A stretch of DNA of 64,000 nucleotides, taken from contig CAVSHO010000001.1 of NCBI GenBank assembly GCA_963727825.1, forward strand, positions 160,001 to 224,000. The letters run 5' to 3'. This document shows positions 49,672-60,094 of the stretch, piece after piece. The first letter of the stretch is position 1; the number at the start of each line of letters is the position of its first letter. Position numbers and translations under genes: made by a program. The notes beneath the pieces were generated by a model that did no database searches, had not been told where the DNA came from, and was given only the letters and a program-made list of their open reading frames with translations. The DNA comes from Ignavibacteriota bacterium (GTDB taxonomy: Bacteria; Bacteroidota; Ignavibacteria; UBA10030).

Positions 49672-49850
49672 TAGGCACGAAGGAACTTGAACCCGCACGG
49701 ATTATCCATCCCGCAAAACTGCTGTGGGTAGAGGGGGAGTTGAACCCCCATGGATTACTCCACTAGCTCCTAAGGCTAGCGCGTCTGCCAGTTTCGCCAT
49801 CTACCCGAAATAGTTTTGCGGGACGCGTCTGCCAGTTTCGCCACGTGCCC
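49672..49850 (-). ncRNA. Outer tRNA-Leu-like scaffold split into a 5' half (49824-49850) and a 3' half (49672-49708); anticodon arm replaced by a 12-bp stem enclosing a complete tRNA
   Basis: GGGCACG/CGTGCCT-A acceptor stem; D-arm identical to the inner tRNA; variable arm TGGATAATCCGT; GGTTCAAGT T-loop; clamp TCCCGCAAAACT/AGTTTTGCGGGA. Confidence 0.7.
49725..49806 (-). tRNA. tRNA-Leu(TAG), CCA not encoded
   Basis: GGGTAGA/TCTACCC-A acceptor; CTAGC-CT-TAG-GA-GCTAG anticodon arm; long variable arm; GGGGG-TTCAACT-CCCCC T arm. Confidence 0.95.
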
Positions 49851-49910
49851 GTTGCGAAAAATGCCCAATAAGCTGGGCATTTTTCAAAATGCTTACAATT
49901 AGGCGTTTTT

Positions 49911-49939
49911 AATATAAGAACCGATTGAATGAAAAGCAA
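49911..49939 (-). promoter_or_regulatory. Sigma70-like promoter for the tRNA/tig region
   Basis: TTGCTT-17 bp-TATATT on the minus strand. Confidence 0.6.
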
Positions 49940-49964
49940 AAAGGGATTCATAATGAATCCCTTT
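49938..49964 (-). terminator. Intrinsic terminator after the TPR gene
   Basis: AAAGGGATTCAT/ATGAATCCCTTT hairpin plus T run. Confidence 0.65.
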
Positions 49965-49990
49965 CCGTATCGCACTTTGAGAATTGAAAA

Positions 49991-51904
49991 CTACTTACCA
50001 GTTCGTTGAAGTTCATTTAGTTTCGTGAGGAAATCGACCGCCTCTTGTTTTGTCGGATCGAGACCAATAGCATTGTTAAAATACTCTCGCGCCTTCTGAT
50101 AATTCTTTACATTTTGATGCTCTCGGCCAAGTTGAATATTGGTTTTATAACTTTTAGGATTAAGTAAAAGAGCATGCTCGTAACACTGTATCGCACGCGC
50201 AGGATCAGCATCGCCGCCATATGCCACGCCAAGATCAAAATTGACTTTCCAGTAATCATTTCCTTTGGCAAGGGCAGTGGTCAGCACATTGATGATTTCT
50301 TTAAAATTACTCTGTTTGAGATAAAGATTACAACTTTCGCTATAGGCACTCAAGTACATAGTGTCTATTTGATAGGCGCGTTGAAATGAATAGTTAGCAC
50401 GTATCGGATCACCAGTGCGATTGTAAAACTTCCCCTGAGCAAAAAAGCCGTAAGCAAAATTCGGTGCAATAAGTGTGATTTGTTGATACTTATCCTTCGC
50501 ATTCTGAATGTCTTTTGCCTGCTCAAATTGCTCCGCTTCGTCGAACATCTTCATCACTTCCGATGAGATATGCTGTTCGTGGTTTGTTATGATTACACGG
50601 AGCATATCAAATCGGGCGATAATCTCTGGATCATAACACTTGCGAAATATTTCGACAATCTCTTGTTTTGCGCTGGTGAAATTGCCATAATAATAATCGT
50701 TCACTGCCTTAAGCATGGAATAGTAGGGCTGTGAAAACGAAATTGTATCTTTCTTCAGATTCGGCAAGAAATCAATTGGAAAAATTGGAATATGCGTCTG
50801 CCAACGTTCATTGCAAATCCGGATGAATGTCTCGTATGATCCGGTATCGTTGTATTTCGCTAATCGCGCTTGATAGTCTTCCGGAATCGCCATCTTTAAC
50901 TCTGTAGCAGTAGTATCGGCAAAATTGAGCGATGAAAATGCCGATGCCAATGTTTCAATCATGTTGATATACCGGTAGCCAATTTTACTTGTTGCAGATC
51001 CTTCGATAATCCATCGTATATTTTGGTCGTCCAGAGTGTGCTGAAGTGAATCCCGAAAGCTTGCGGCTTGAGCAAGAGAGATGCGGCATCTATCTAAAAT
51101 AGGTGCGACTGCTGTATCAAGCGAACCGACATTCCATTCGATACGTGGCAATGAATCAAGGATGTACTTGAACGTCGGCTTGAGACCGTCTACCAGTGCG
51201 ATTCGTGATTTTAAATCCGTTTGAACATTTGCAGCAGCTGATTGAAACGAGGCTGAGGTTTCGTTATATAAGTCTTCGAAGCATTGAGTGCGTTTAGATT
51301 TATATTCATCATACAGAGTAAAAATTTTGTAATTAGCATCACTTAAAATTTGTTCATATGAACCTATTGCTGATTTGAAGCGTTTTGCGACTACCGCGGT
51401 TTCTGCTTGCTTTGCAAGGTCGCTCACAATTGTGAAGCCAGGCCAAAATTCCTGAGGTACTTTAAACTCCACTTGATTCGTTGCTTCGTCAATCGGACAC
51501 TGAAATAAGAAAAGAAGATTGAGTTTGAAGGTTTTAGGAAATCCAAGCAAAATAGAGTTGTTCCCTCCAGCAATCAGTTCTCCTTTCCAAGCGATGGGAA
51601 TTTTCTTTTCGTCTTGATAGATGTTCACTCTGGAAAGTTGATCTTTTATAAAATCCTGATCAAGTTGCCAATCTTCCACAGATGTGACAAGAAAGTAAAA
51701 ATACTGTCCACTGTTAACATTGTCGCTGGTTAAAGGCAGTTGTCGATTCTCATTTGATAATTCGATCTTAACGGTGCGCGGTCCGCCAAGCCCAAATAAG
51801 CCGGACTTCGCTTTTATTTTCAATTGAACAGATGGAGCTTGCGCATTTAAAAGCGATGTAATGCAAAGGAGACCAGAGAGCAACGATAAAAATCTGGTAT
51901 TCAT
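49991..51904 (-). CDS. Secreted tetratricopeptide-repeat protein
   Basis: Signal peptide; C-terminal TPRs (A..YE.AL.LNP, AREYFNNAIGLDP). Confidence 0.8.
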   Translation of the reverse strand: MNTRFLSLLSGLLCITSLLNAQAPSVQLKIKAKSGLFGLGGPRTVKIELSNENRQLPLTSDNVNSGQYFYFLVTSVEDWQLDQDFIKDQLSRVNIYQDEKKIPIAWKGELIAGGNNSILLGFPKTFKLNLLFLFQCPIDEATNQVEFKVPQEFWPGFTIVSDLAKQAETAVVAKRFKSAIGSYEQILSDANYKIFTLYDEYKSKRTQCFEDLYNETSASFQSAAANVQTDLKSRIALVDGLKPTFKYILDSLPRIEWNVGSLDTAVAPILDRCRISLAQAASFRDSLQHTLDDQNIRWIIEGSATSKIGYRYINMIETLASAFSSLNFADTTATELKMAIPEDYQARLAKYNDTGSYETFIRICNERWQTHIPIFPIDFLPNLKKDTISFSQPYYSMLKAVNDYYYGNFTSAKQEIVEIFRKCYDPEIIARFDMLRVIITNHEQHISSEVMKMFDEAEQFEQAKDIQNAKDKYQQITLIAPNFAYGFFAQGKFYNRTGDPIRANYSFQRAYQIDTMYLSAYSESCNLYLKQSNFKEIINVLTTALAKGNDYWKVNFDLGVAYGGDADPARAIQCYEHALLLNPKSYKTNIQLGREHQNVKNYQKAREYFNNAIGLDPTKQEAVDFLTKLNELQRTGK

Positions 51905-52063
51905 TTGAAACCTCGGGCAATCAAAGTGAATATAAAAATCTAAATTCTTACGAGAAGAATATAGAAAAACAGAGCCGTAGATGCAACGATTCGTTCAGTC
52001 AACTCCTTGAATTCCTCCACATTTTTTGGTACATATAACATAAGTGCAAAAAGCGATTCATGC

Positions 52064-52087
52064 CCGTCCCGCCTTGTTGCGGGACGG
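52064..52087. repeat. Intergenic TCCCG..CGGGA-family palindrome
   Basis: CCGTCCCGC-CTTGTT-GCGGGACGG. Confidence 0.6.
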
Positions 52088-52110
52088 ATTGTATCTGAAA
52101 GGATGTTTAA

Positions 52111-52785
52111 TTGGATTCTCTTTACATATTGCCGATTCTTCTTTTTTCCATCGTTGTGCACGAGGTAGCACATGGCTGGATGGCGTTGAGGCTTGGTGAT
52201 TCCACTGCGCGTGATTCCGGCAGATTGACACTCAATCCACTTCCTCACATTGACCCGATTGGTTCCATTGCTATTCCGCTCCTTTCATATTTTGCCGCTG
52301 GTTCTGTATTTATTGCATGGGCAAAACCAGTGCCGATAAATCCTGCAAACTTCCGCAATTTTCGCCGTGATGATATCTTGGTATCTATTATTGGACCGTT
52401 TTCCAATTTACTTGTCGCGTTTTTCTGCGCTGTGTTTTACGTTATTTCGGAACGTTTTTTTGGTCCATTAAACCTGATTGAAGGTAATTTTCAACGCGAG
52501 ATTGCGGCGTTCTTGATTCATATGTTTGCAGCTGGCATTACTTTGAATATATTTCTCGCAATTTTTAACTTAATTCCAGTGCCGCCGCTTGACGGTTCAC
52601 ATGTATTATCAGCTTTACTTCCGGCAGAAATAGCTGAGCGGTATCGGCAAATAGGATTCTTCGGGATACTACTTGTCATCTTGTTGATGCGGTTAGACCT
52701 GTTCCGGAATTTTATCTTCACGGTTGTAATGGCTGTACGTATTCCGTATGAAATCTTCATCCATCAATTTTTATTTACGGTTTGA
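52111..52785 (+). CDS. Site-2 protease (peptidase M50)
   Basis: HEVAHG, GRLTLNP..HIDP, AKPVP, FNLIPVPPLDG. Confidence 0.92.
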   Translation: MDSLYILPILLFSIVVHEVAHGWMALRLGDSTARDSGRLTLNPLPHIDPIGSIAIPLLSYFAAGSVFIAWAKPVPINPANFRNFRRDDILVSIIGPFSNLLVAFFCAVFYVISERFFGPLNLIEGNFQREIAAFLIHMFAAGITLNIFLAIFNLIPVPPLDGSHVLSALLPAEIAERYRQIGFFGILLVILLMRLDLFRNFIFTVVMAVRIPYEIFIHQFLFTV

Positions 52786-52802
52786 TTTATTGAAACTTGC
52801 TT

Positions 52803-54071
52803 ATGGATTACATTGCCTATAAGGAAAACATTCTGTACTGCGAAGATATTCCGCTAAGCGAATTGGCTGAAGAGTACGGAACGCCGCTGTACGTGTACAG
52901 TAAAAACCGCATTATAGAAAAATATCGTTCTTTTGTTGGTGCATTGGGAGACGTTAGGTATCAAGTGTGCTATGCACTGAAGGCGAATGCCAATCATCAT
53001 ATATTAAAATTGCTTGCTACTGAAGGCGCGGGAGCGGATGTGGTTTCTGCAGGGGAATTATATTTGGCATTGAAAGCCGGGTTTTATCCAGAAAAAATTG
53101 TATTTGCAGGCGTGGGGAAACGAGAAGATGAAATCGAATTTGCATTAAAACAGAATATTTTTTCCTTCAATGTTGAGTCGGTATCAGAGTTACATACAAT
53201 TTCACGTGCAGCGCTGCGTGTAGGAAAGAAAGCTCGCATTTCACTACGCATTAATCCAGATATTGATGCACAAAGTCATCCGTACATCACTACTGGTTTG
53301 CAGTCGAGCAAGTTCGGAATTGAAGCATCGAAGGCGATAGAAGTGTACACGTATGCTGCAACGTTGTCGTCTTTGGAATTAGTGGGTATTCACACGCACA
53401 TTGGTTCACAAATCACGAAGGTAGAGCCGTTTGTTGCAACAGCTAACTATATTGTCGGGTTAGTCGGAAAATTACATGAAGCCGGTATCAATTTAACACA
53501 TATTGACTTTGGAGGCGGTTTTGGCGTTCAATACATTAATGTTGTTTCGCATGAGGCGATCCCACAAGAGGAAACATCGAACAACATCGTGCCAATTACT
53601 ACGGAATTTATTAAGGCGGTACTACCCATCCTGCAGACAACAGGTTGTTCTATCTGGATCGAACCTGGCCGTTCAATTATTGCAGATGCCGGCGTTTTGA
53701 TTACTCGTGTTATCTCCACAAAAGAAAATGCGATAAAGAAATTTGTCATTGTGGATAGTGGTATGAATGATTTAATACGACCCAGTCTCTATCAAGCGTA
53801 CCATCAAATTGTTCCTCTATCCATCAATACATACGAGAATGAAAAGGTGGATGTTGTAGGTCCAATCTGCGAGAGCGCCGATTTTTTTGCTCGGGATCGA
53901 TTGCTTGCAAAAAGCAATGCCGGAGATTATCTTGCGGTACTTACAACTGGCGCATATGGTTTTGTTTTAAGTTCTAATTACAATGGCCGGCCTCGTCCCG
54001 CAGAAATTCTTGTTATTGGAGATCGCGTTCGTATCATCCGCCCCCGACAGACTTTGGAAGAGTTGGAATAA
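52803..54071 (+). CDS. lysA: Diaminopimelate decarboxylase
   Basis: YALKAN, SKFG, HIGSQI, DFGGGFG, EPGR, GPICESAD, GAYG..SSNYN.RPR. Confidence 0.95.
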   Translation: MDYIAYKENILYCEDIPLSELAEEYGTPLYVYSKNRIIEKYRSFVGALGDVRYQVCYALKANANHHILKLLATEGAGADVVSAGELYLALKAGFYPEKIVFAGVGKREDEIEFALKQNIFSFNVESVSELHTISRAALRVGKKARISLRINPDIDAQSHPYITTGLQSSKFGIEASKAIEVYTYAATLSSLELVGIHTHIGSQITKVEPFVATANYIVGLVGKLHEAGINLTHIDFGGGFGVQYINVVSHEAIPQEETSNNIVPITTEFIKAVLPILQTTGCSIWIEPGRSIIADAGVLITRVISTKENAIKKFVIVDSGMNDLIRPSLYQAYHQIVPLSINTYENEKVDVVGPICESADFFARDRLLAKSNAGDYLAVLTTGAYGFVLSSNYNGRPRPAEILVIGDRVRIIRPRQTLEELE

Positions 54072-54217
54072 TCGTTATTTTAATTTAATTCGAACATTAT
54101 TCCTATTCTATTTTTAATGATTATTCTTTTCGCTGATAATTCCATGGGTTTTTCTCGCAAAACTGCTAATTCTATTTATAGTCGATCATTTATCTTTCTT
54201 ACTTTATTTGTGAAATT

Positions 54218-54706
54218 ATGAATGAAATACTAAAAAACAATCTCGAAAGAATGATACAACTTGCAGAAGAATTCTTTGCGGCAAAAAACGATCCTTCACA
54301 AATTTCTGTTAATGGGAAGGTGATGCTCAGACTCAAAAATATTCATCCGGATACAATAACAGAGAAACGCACAAGCAAGGGACCGATTGCCTGGATTTTG
54401 ATAATTCCAACTACACATAAATTAATGCGGCAGTTTATAACAAAAAAAATAAATGAAAAAGATTTGTATAAAAAAAATCCATTGCACGTAACGTATGATT
54501 CCATTTATTTATGTTCTGCATTAGTCCTTCCGGAATATCGAGGAAGAGGACTGGCAAAGAGCTTGATGGTAAAAGCGATCAAGTCCATTCAGAAGGATCA
54601 TCCAATTAAATGTCTCTTCTATTGGGGATTTAGCATTGAAGGGAAGAAATTAGCTGCATCAGTTGCTAAGGAGCTTTCCTTACCGTTATACAAACGTGCA
54701 AAATAA
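54218..54706 (+). CDS. GNAT-fold hypothetical protein
   Basis: VLPEYRGRGLAKSL acetyl-CoA-binding motif A. Confidence 0.6.
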   Translation: MNEILKNNLERMIQLAEEFFAAKNDPSQISVNGKVMLRLKNIHPDTITEKRTSKGPIAWILIIPTTHKLMRQFITKKINEKDLYKKNPLHVTYDSIYLCSALVLPEYRGRGLAKSLMVKAIKSIQKDHPIKCLFYWGFSIEGKKLAASVAKELSLPLYKRAK

Positions 54707-54809
54707 TTCAATTCGATGATATACTGAATTGTTTATTGTTGTCTTCTTTTAATAATCGTTCGGTTTTTGTATATTTTATAAATCAAATACAATACGTTAT
54801 GGCAGAATT

Positions 54810-56495
54810 ATGACAACGAACGAGAAAAACGATTTTATCCGCGAGATCATTGATGAAGATCTCAAAACCAATAAGTTTGAAGGACGCGTGCATACGCGCT
54901 TCCCGCCCGAACCAAACGGTTACCTTCACATCGGTCATGCCAAATCCATTCGCTTGAATTATGGAATTGCCAAAGACTACAATGGCAAATTCAATCTTCG
55001 GTTTGATGACACCAATCCTGAGAAAGAGGAACAGGAATATGTTGATTCAATTATCGAGGATGTGAAATGGTTGGGAGGCGATTTTGAAGACCGCCTTTTC
55101 TATGCTTCGGATTATTTTAATCAGATGTACCAATATGCTATCGCTCTCATCAAAAAAGGAAAAGCGTACGTGTGCGATCTTTCCGCTGATGAAATCCGTG
55201 CAACACGCGGAACGTTAACAGAACCCGGTAAAGAAAGTCCTTACAGAAATAGAAATGTTGAAGATAATCTTGATTTATTTGAACGAATGCGCAAAGGAGA
55301 AATTCCAGATGGAACAAAAACCTTGCGCGCAAAAATTGATATGGCTTCACCGAATATAAATCTTCGTGATCCGATAATGTATAGGATTATTCATGAGGAA
55401 CACCACCGGCAGGGAAACAATTGGTGCGTCTATCCAACGTATGATTGGGCACATGGCATAGAGGATTCCATCGAAGGAATCACGCATTCCATCTGCACAC
55501 TCGAGTTTGAAAATCATCGGCCGCTGTACGATTGGTATATAAATGAGTTGGGTATCTATCATCCTCAGCAAATCGAGTTTGCGCGATTAAATATTACGTA
55601 CACAGTTTTGAGTAAAAGAAGATTACTTCAGCTTGTTCAAGAAAGACATGTCTCCGGGTGGGACGATCCGCGCATGCCTACTATTGTTGGTTACCGACGC
55701 CGCGGTTACACTTCTGATTCAATAAAAATATTCTGCGATAAGATTGGTGTCTCTAAGAAAGACAGCATCATCGATGTAGCAATGTTAGAGTGGAGTATTC
55801 GCGAGGATTTAAATAAACACGCCCAACGTGCAATGGCCGTGCTGAATCCTGTTAAAATTGTTATCACGAATTATCCGGAAGATAAAGTGGAAGAACTGCC
55901 GGCTGTGAATAATCCCGAAGATGAATCAGCAGGAACTCGAATGATCCCATTTGGCCGGGAATTGTATATCGAGCAGGATGATTTTCGCGAAGTACCGCCG
56001 CCAAAATATTACAGACTTTCTCCGGGCACTGAAGTTCGATTGCGTTATGCATACATTATCAAATGTGAGAAGGTGATTAAAGATTCAAAGGGGAACGTTG
56101 CAGAAATTCATTGCACTTATGACCCGACAACAAAGAGTGGAGAACCGGGCGCCGCTCGGAAAGTAAAATCAACAATCCACTGGGTATCTGCAAAGGATGC
56201 ATTAAATGCAGAAGTGAGATTATATGATAGGCTCTTCATCAAAGAGAATCCCGATGATGTTGAAGAAGGAAAGGATTTTCTTTCCAATCTCAATCCGAAT
56301 TCTTTGCAGGTGCTTACTCATTGCAAAGTGGAACCAATGCTTGGCGCAGCATCGCCGGGAGACCGTTTTCAGTTTGAACGAACAGGATACTTTTGTGCCG
56401 ACGCAAAGGATTCCAAGTTGGGTGCGCCGGTCTTCAATCGTATTGTCACGTTGAAGGATACATGGGCGAAGATTGTACAGCAAGGAAAGAAGTAA
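54810..56495 (+). CDS. glnS: Glutamine--tRNA ligase
   Basis: [39 protein letters not shown]. Confidence 0.96.
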   Translation: MTTNEKNDFIREIIDEDLKTNKFEGRVHTRFPPEPNGYLHIGHAKSIRLNYGIAKDYNGKFNLRFDDTNPEKEEQEYVDSIIEDVKWLGGDFEDRLFYASDYFNQMYQYAIALIKKGKAYVCDLSADEIRATRGTLTEPGKESPYRNRNVEDNLDLFERMRKGEIPDGTKTLRAKIDMASPNINLRDPIMYRIIHEEHHRQGNNWCVYPTYDWAHGIEDSIEGITHSICTLEFENHRPLYDWYINELGIYHPQQIEFARLNITYTVLSKRRLLQLVQERHVSGWDDPRMPTIVGYRRRGYTSDSIKIFCDKIGVSKKDSIIDVAMLEWSIREDLNKHAQRAMAVLNPVKIVITNYPEDKVEELPAVNNPEDESAGTRMIPFGRELYIEQDDFREVPPPKYYRLSPGTEVRLRYAYIIKCEKVIKDSKGNVAEIHCTYDPTTKSGEPGAARKVKSTIHWVSAKDALNAEVRLYDRLFIKENPDDVEEGKDFLSNLNPNSLQVLTHCKVEPMLGAASPGDRFQFERTGYFCADAKDSKLGAPVFNRIVTLKDTWAKIVQQGKK

Positions 56496-56625
56496 ATATG
56501 GTGATTTAAAATGACGCCTTAGAAAGTACGTTCACAAGAGTTTTTCATTTACCCGCTTGTTATCCCTTACCGAATTCAGCAAGAAAATGGTTGTTTGTAT
56601 AAAAAGCAAAAATCTATCTCTACTT

Positions 56626-57336
56626 CTATAGTGATTTGGATCGAGGTTCTTCTTCAACATTCATCCGATAACCAATACCGGATTCAGTTAAAAAGATTTT
56701 AGGATTTGTCGGATCGGTTTCAATTTTTTTTCGCAATTGTCCAACGTACACACGAGTGTACTGTGCTTCTTCTGCAAATGATGGCCCCCAGACTTGTTCC
56801 AAAATAAACCGGTGAGTCAAGACGCGTCCCGCGTTTCGTATAAAGAGTGCCAGCAGCGAATATTCTATCGCGGTAAGCTTGACAATTTCTTCTCCTTTTT
56901 TCACGATGCGTGCTGATAAATCAACAGTAAGGTTGTGAGAAGTAAAGACGTCTTTTTCCTGCACAGTCGGACGGTGACGAAGAGCCGTTCGTACGCGCGC
57001 GAGCAATTCTCCGGTACGAAATGGCTTAATAAGATAATCATCGGCACCGGCATTCAAGCAGGAAATAATATCGCTTTCTGTATTGCGCACAGAAAGGATA
57101 ATCACGGGAAGAGCCGCCCACTCTCGAATCCGTTTCAGCACGGTAAGCCCATCCAAATCCGGCAAACCGAGGTCAAGTATGATGAGTTCCGGCCGCTCTG
57201 TTCCAGCCATAACAACCCCTTCATTCCCTGTTTTAGCAAATTTCAAACGATACCCGTTTGGTTCAAGAGTCAATTGGAGTAATCGGCGAATTTGGATTTC
57301 GTCGTCCACGACGAGAATGATCGGTTCAGTACTCAT
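56626..57336 (-). CDS. kdpE: KdpE response regulator
   Basis: VVDDE.QIR, ILDLGLPDLDG, GRVLTHR.IL..VWG, RVYVGQLRKKIE; follows kdpD. Confidence 0.9.
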   Translation of the reverse strand: MSTEPIILVVDDEIQIRRLLQLTLEPNGYRLKFAKTGNEGVVMAGTERPELIILDLGLPDLDGLTVLKRIREWAALPVIILSVRNTESDIISCLNAGADDYLIKPFRTGELLARVRTALRHRPTVQEKDVFTSHNLTVDLSARIVKKGEEIVKLTAIEYSLLALFIRNAGRVLTHRFILEQVWGPSFAEEAQYTRVYVGQLRKKIETDPTNPKIFLTESGIGYRMNVEEEPRSKSL

Positions 57337-60001
57337 ATCTTTTCTGGTATGCTTTCTATCGGAAGTTCGATCGTAAACTCTGCACCGCCAGATGTTCTAT
57401 TGCGGACGGAGAGTGTGCCGCGATGAGCTTCTATAAATCCTTTTGCAATAGGAAGGCCTAACCCGGTGCCACCTGATGCCGTGCCTTCTGCGCGGTAAAA
57501 TTTTTCGAATACTCTTTTAAATCTGCTGTCGGGACACCCGTTCCATGATCAGCCACAGTGATGATACACCGGTCCTCATCGATACGCGCATTGATTTCAA
57601 TCGCTGTTCCATCGGGAGTGTGAATGGAAGCATTGTAAATAAGATTTGTCAGTGCTTGTTCCATCAACCCAAAATCCAGTTTCACCAGCGGAAGCCCTTC
57701 CTGCACTTCTATTGTTATAGGATGATGAACAAGTTCTTGTTCAAGGCCTCTCACAGTAACATTGATAATGTCACGAACATCACACCAGTCCAGTTTGGGT
57801 TGAATCATTCCAGATTCAAGCCGTGTCATATCCAACAAGTTTGCAACGAGGCGATTGAGACGTTCTGCTGCGACGTGAATTTCTGTGCTCAGTTCTTTTA
57901 TTGTCCCGACAGCATCCGATTCTTGTCCAGCAAGCAAGTTTTCCGACGCGCCCATGATGGCGGCGATGGGTGTCCTCAATTCGTGCGAGATGGAATTGAA
58001 CAGCGTTTTGTAGAGTCGCTCCGATTCTGCCACCGCAATGGATTTCTTAGTAACTTCATTCAATAATTCCCGTTCGACCGCTGATGCAATCTGTGCAATA
58101 AAATTCTCAAGCAGAGTTTCGTAATCGATTGTCATTTTTTCATCGCGCTGCGGTTTTACACCAATCACCCCGAGCGGATAGCGCGGTCCGGACATGGAAA
58201 AGTATGTTGCCTGCGCAAAGGGAAGCGTGTCGGTATGTTTGCCGGCTTTCTTTTCGTTCCAGTACGTCCATGCCGCAACACTCGATTCCTTTTCATCCGG
58301 CATCCACGAGCTCGCTGTATGCGGCTTATGGTTAATATCCCCATCCGCATCACCAAGAAAGACTGCAACATCAGCATTGAAAAATTTTTTAATATTCAGA
58401 ACTGCAGCAGTTATGACCTCGTCTTGCGAATGCGACGACGAAAGATCTTTGGTCAAAGCAAAGAGCGCCGAAGACCTCATTTCACGCTGCCGGACTGCCT
58501 TTTCTCGCTCCCTCACTCGCGCAGACAACGTTCCGGTGACTACTGCAACAAGGAAGAACATTGCAAGCATCAATACGTCTTCTACATGACCGACAGAAAA
58601 AGTAAAGATGGGAGGGATGAATAGATAATCCCACGCCAAGGCACCGAATGCGGCACCGACAAACACCGGGCCGCGTCCCATACGCAACGGGAGGAGCGAT
58701 ACTGTAAAGAGAATAATGAGTGAAACTGTTCGATACCCCACAAAGGATGTAAATGGAAAACAAGCGAGTGCGACACTCAGAACGATAAATGGGGCCAATA
58801 CGTACTGAGGAAGGCCGGATTGGATATTCGGAATTCGGTACACACTGGGCTGCGGTTTCTCTCCTTCTTCATGTCCAACAATGTAAATATCGATATCTTG
58901 ACTTCGTTTCAGTAGGTTGTCAACAAGTCGCGATGTGCGAAAGAAAACTTGTCTTTTTGGTTTTCCGATCAGAATTTGTGTCGCATTTTGCTCGCGAGCT
59001 ACACGCAATAGCGCACCTGCGATATCTTCATCGGAAGTTGTGATAATCTCTGCATCAAGCTCCTTTGCAAGTTTGAAGTTCTTTGCGAGTTGTTCTGTTT
59101 CTTGTTCCGTTATCTTTGCCGAAGTTTCAACGTGGACGACAACCCAAGATGCATCCATGGTATACGAAATTCTGCGCGCCCATCGAATGACGGATAGTGA
59201 TTGCGGGTCAGCACTTATACCGACGATTAATCGTGTTCCGGATTTCCATGTTTGTGAAATCCGTTTCGTCTGTTTGTACTCTCGTAACTGTTGATCGACG
59301 CGTTCAGCCGTCAAACGGAGAGACATTTCTCTAAGAGCGGTGAGATTTCCTTTCCGGAAAAAATTCTCAATTGCGCGCTTCGAGCGTTCGGGAGTGTAAA
59401 CCTTGCCTTCTACAAGCCGTTTCAGGAGCTCATCCGGTGAAATATCTATCACTTCAACTTCATCTGCGGCTTCAAATATCGAATCAGGGACAGTTTCATG
59501 GACAATACTGCCGGTGATCTGCGCAACTGTTTCGGCACGGCTTTCGAGATGCTGAACATTTAGTGTGGTAAAGACATCAATGCCATTATCGAGCAACTCG
59601 AGCACATCCTGATACCGTTTTGTGTGCCGGCTTCCTGGTACGTTTGTGTGGGCAAGTTCATCCACAAGTACTAATTGTGGCTTTCTGGAAAGAATAGCAT
59701 CTAAATCCATCTCTTCAAGCATAGTCTCCCGGTACTCGAAAGTCTTTCTTGGAATAATCGGCAGATTCGAAAGAAGAGCTTCAGTTTCAGATCGTTTATG
59801 TGTTTCTACAAATCCAATAGCAACATCGAGACCTTTTAATAGAGCAACCTGAGCGTCTTTCAGCATATCGTACGTTTTCCCCACACCGGCGCACATGCCG
59901 AAGAATATTTTCAGCTTCCCCCTTTTTTCCTTTTCTTCTTCCTTTTTTATAAGGTGAAGGAGCGTATCGGGATCGGGACGTGTATCATTAGTTACTGGCA
60001 T
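57333..60001 (-). CDS. kdpD: KdpD sensor kinase; -1 frameshift near 57517
   Basis: GKLKIFFG..AGVGKTY, DELAHTN, USP domain, 4 TMs, GAF, SHELRTP. The shifted frame supplies RVFEKFYR..GGTGLGL.IAKGFIEAH and ends with an ATGA overlap on kdpE. Confidence 0.92.
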
Positions 60002-60094
60002 AGGGAAATATAGTCACATTCAAAATAAGATGCATCTAACTGCTTATTTCAGCTGAAAAACAGAGAGACGGTGTAATAATGTGCATACTAAATT

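Noticed and set aside
49642-49698. N-terminal extension of tig in the ORF track
   Set aside because: It overlaps the outer tRNA 3' half; the RBS supports GTG at 49641
49672-49850. Prophage/ICE att site, or group I intron in the tRNA
   Set aside because: No integrase or cargo nearby. The insert is itself a tRNA with no intron core, and the outer copy has no anticodon loop to restore.
49763-49975. 70-aa ORF with internal repeat (TWRNWQTR..DGETGRR)
   Set aside because: It is a translation of the two tRNA D-arms and is not a protein
57515-57521. Programmed -1 frameshift in kdpD at T_TTA_AAA
   Set aside because: It is in phase, but the unshifted product would lose ATP-binding motifs, and a homopolymer deletion error explains it more simply
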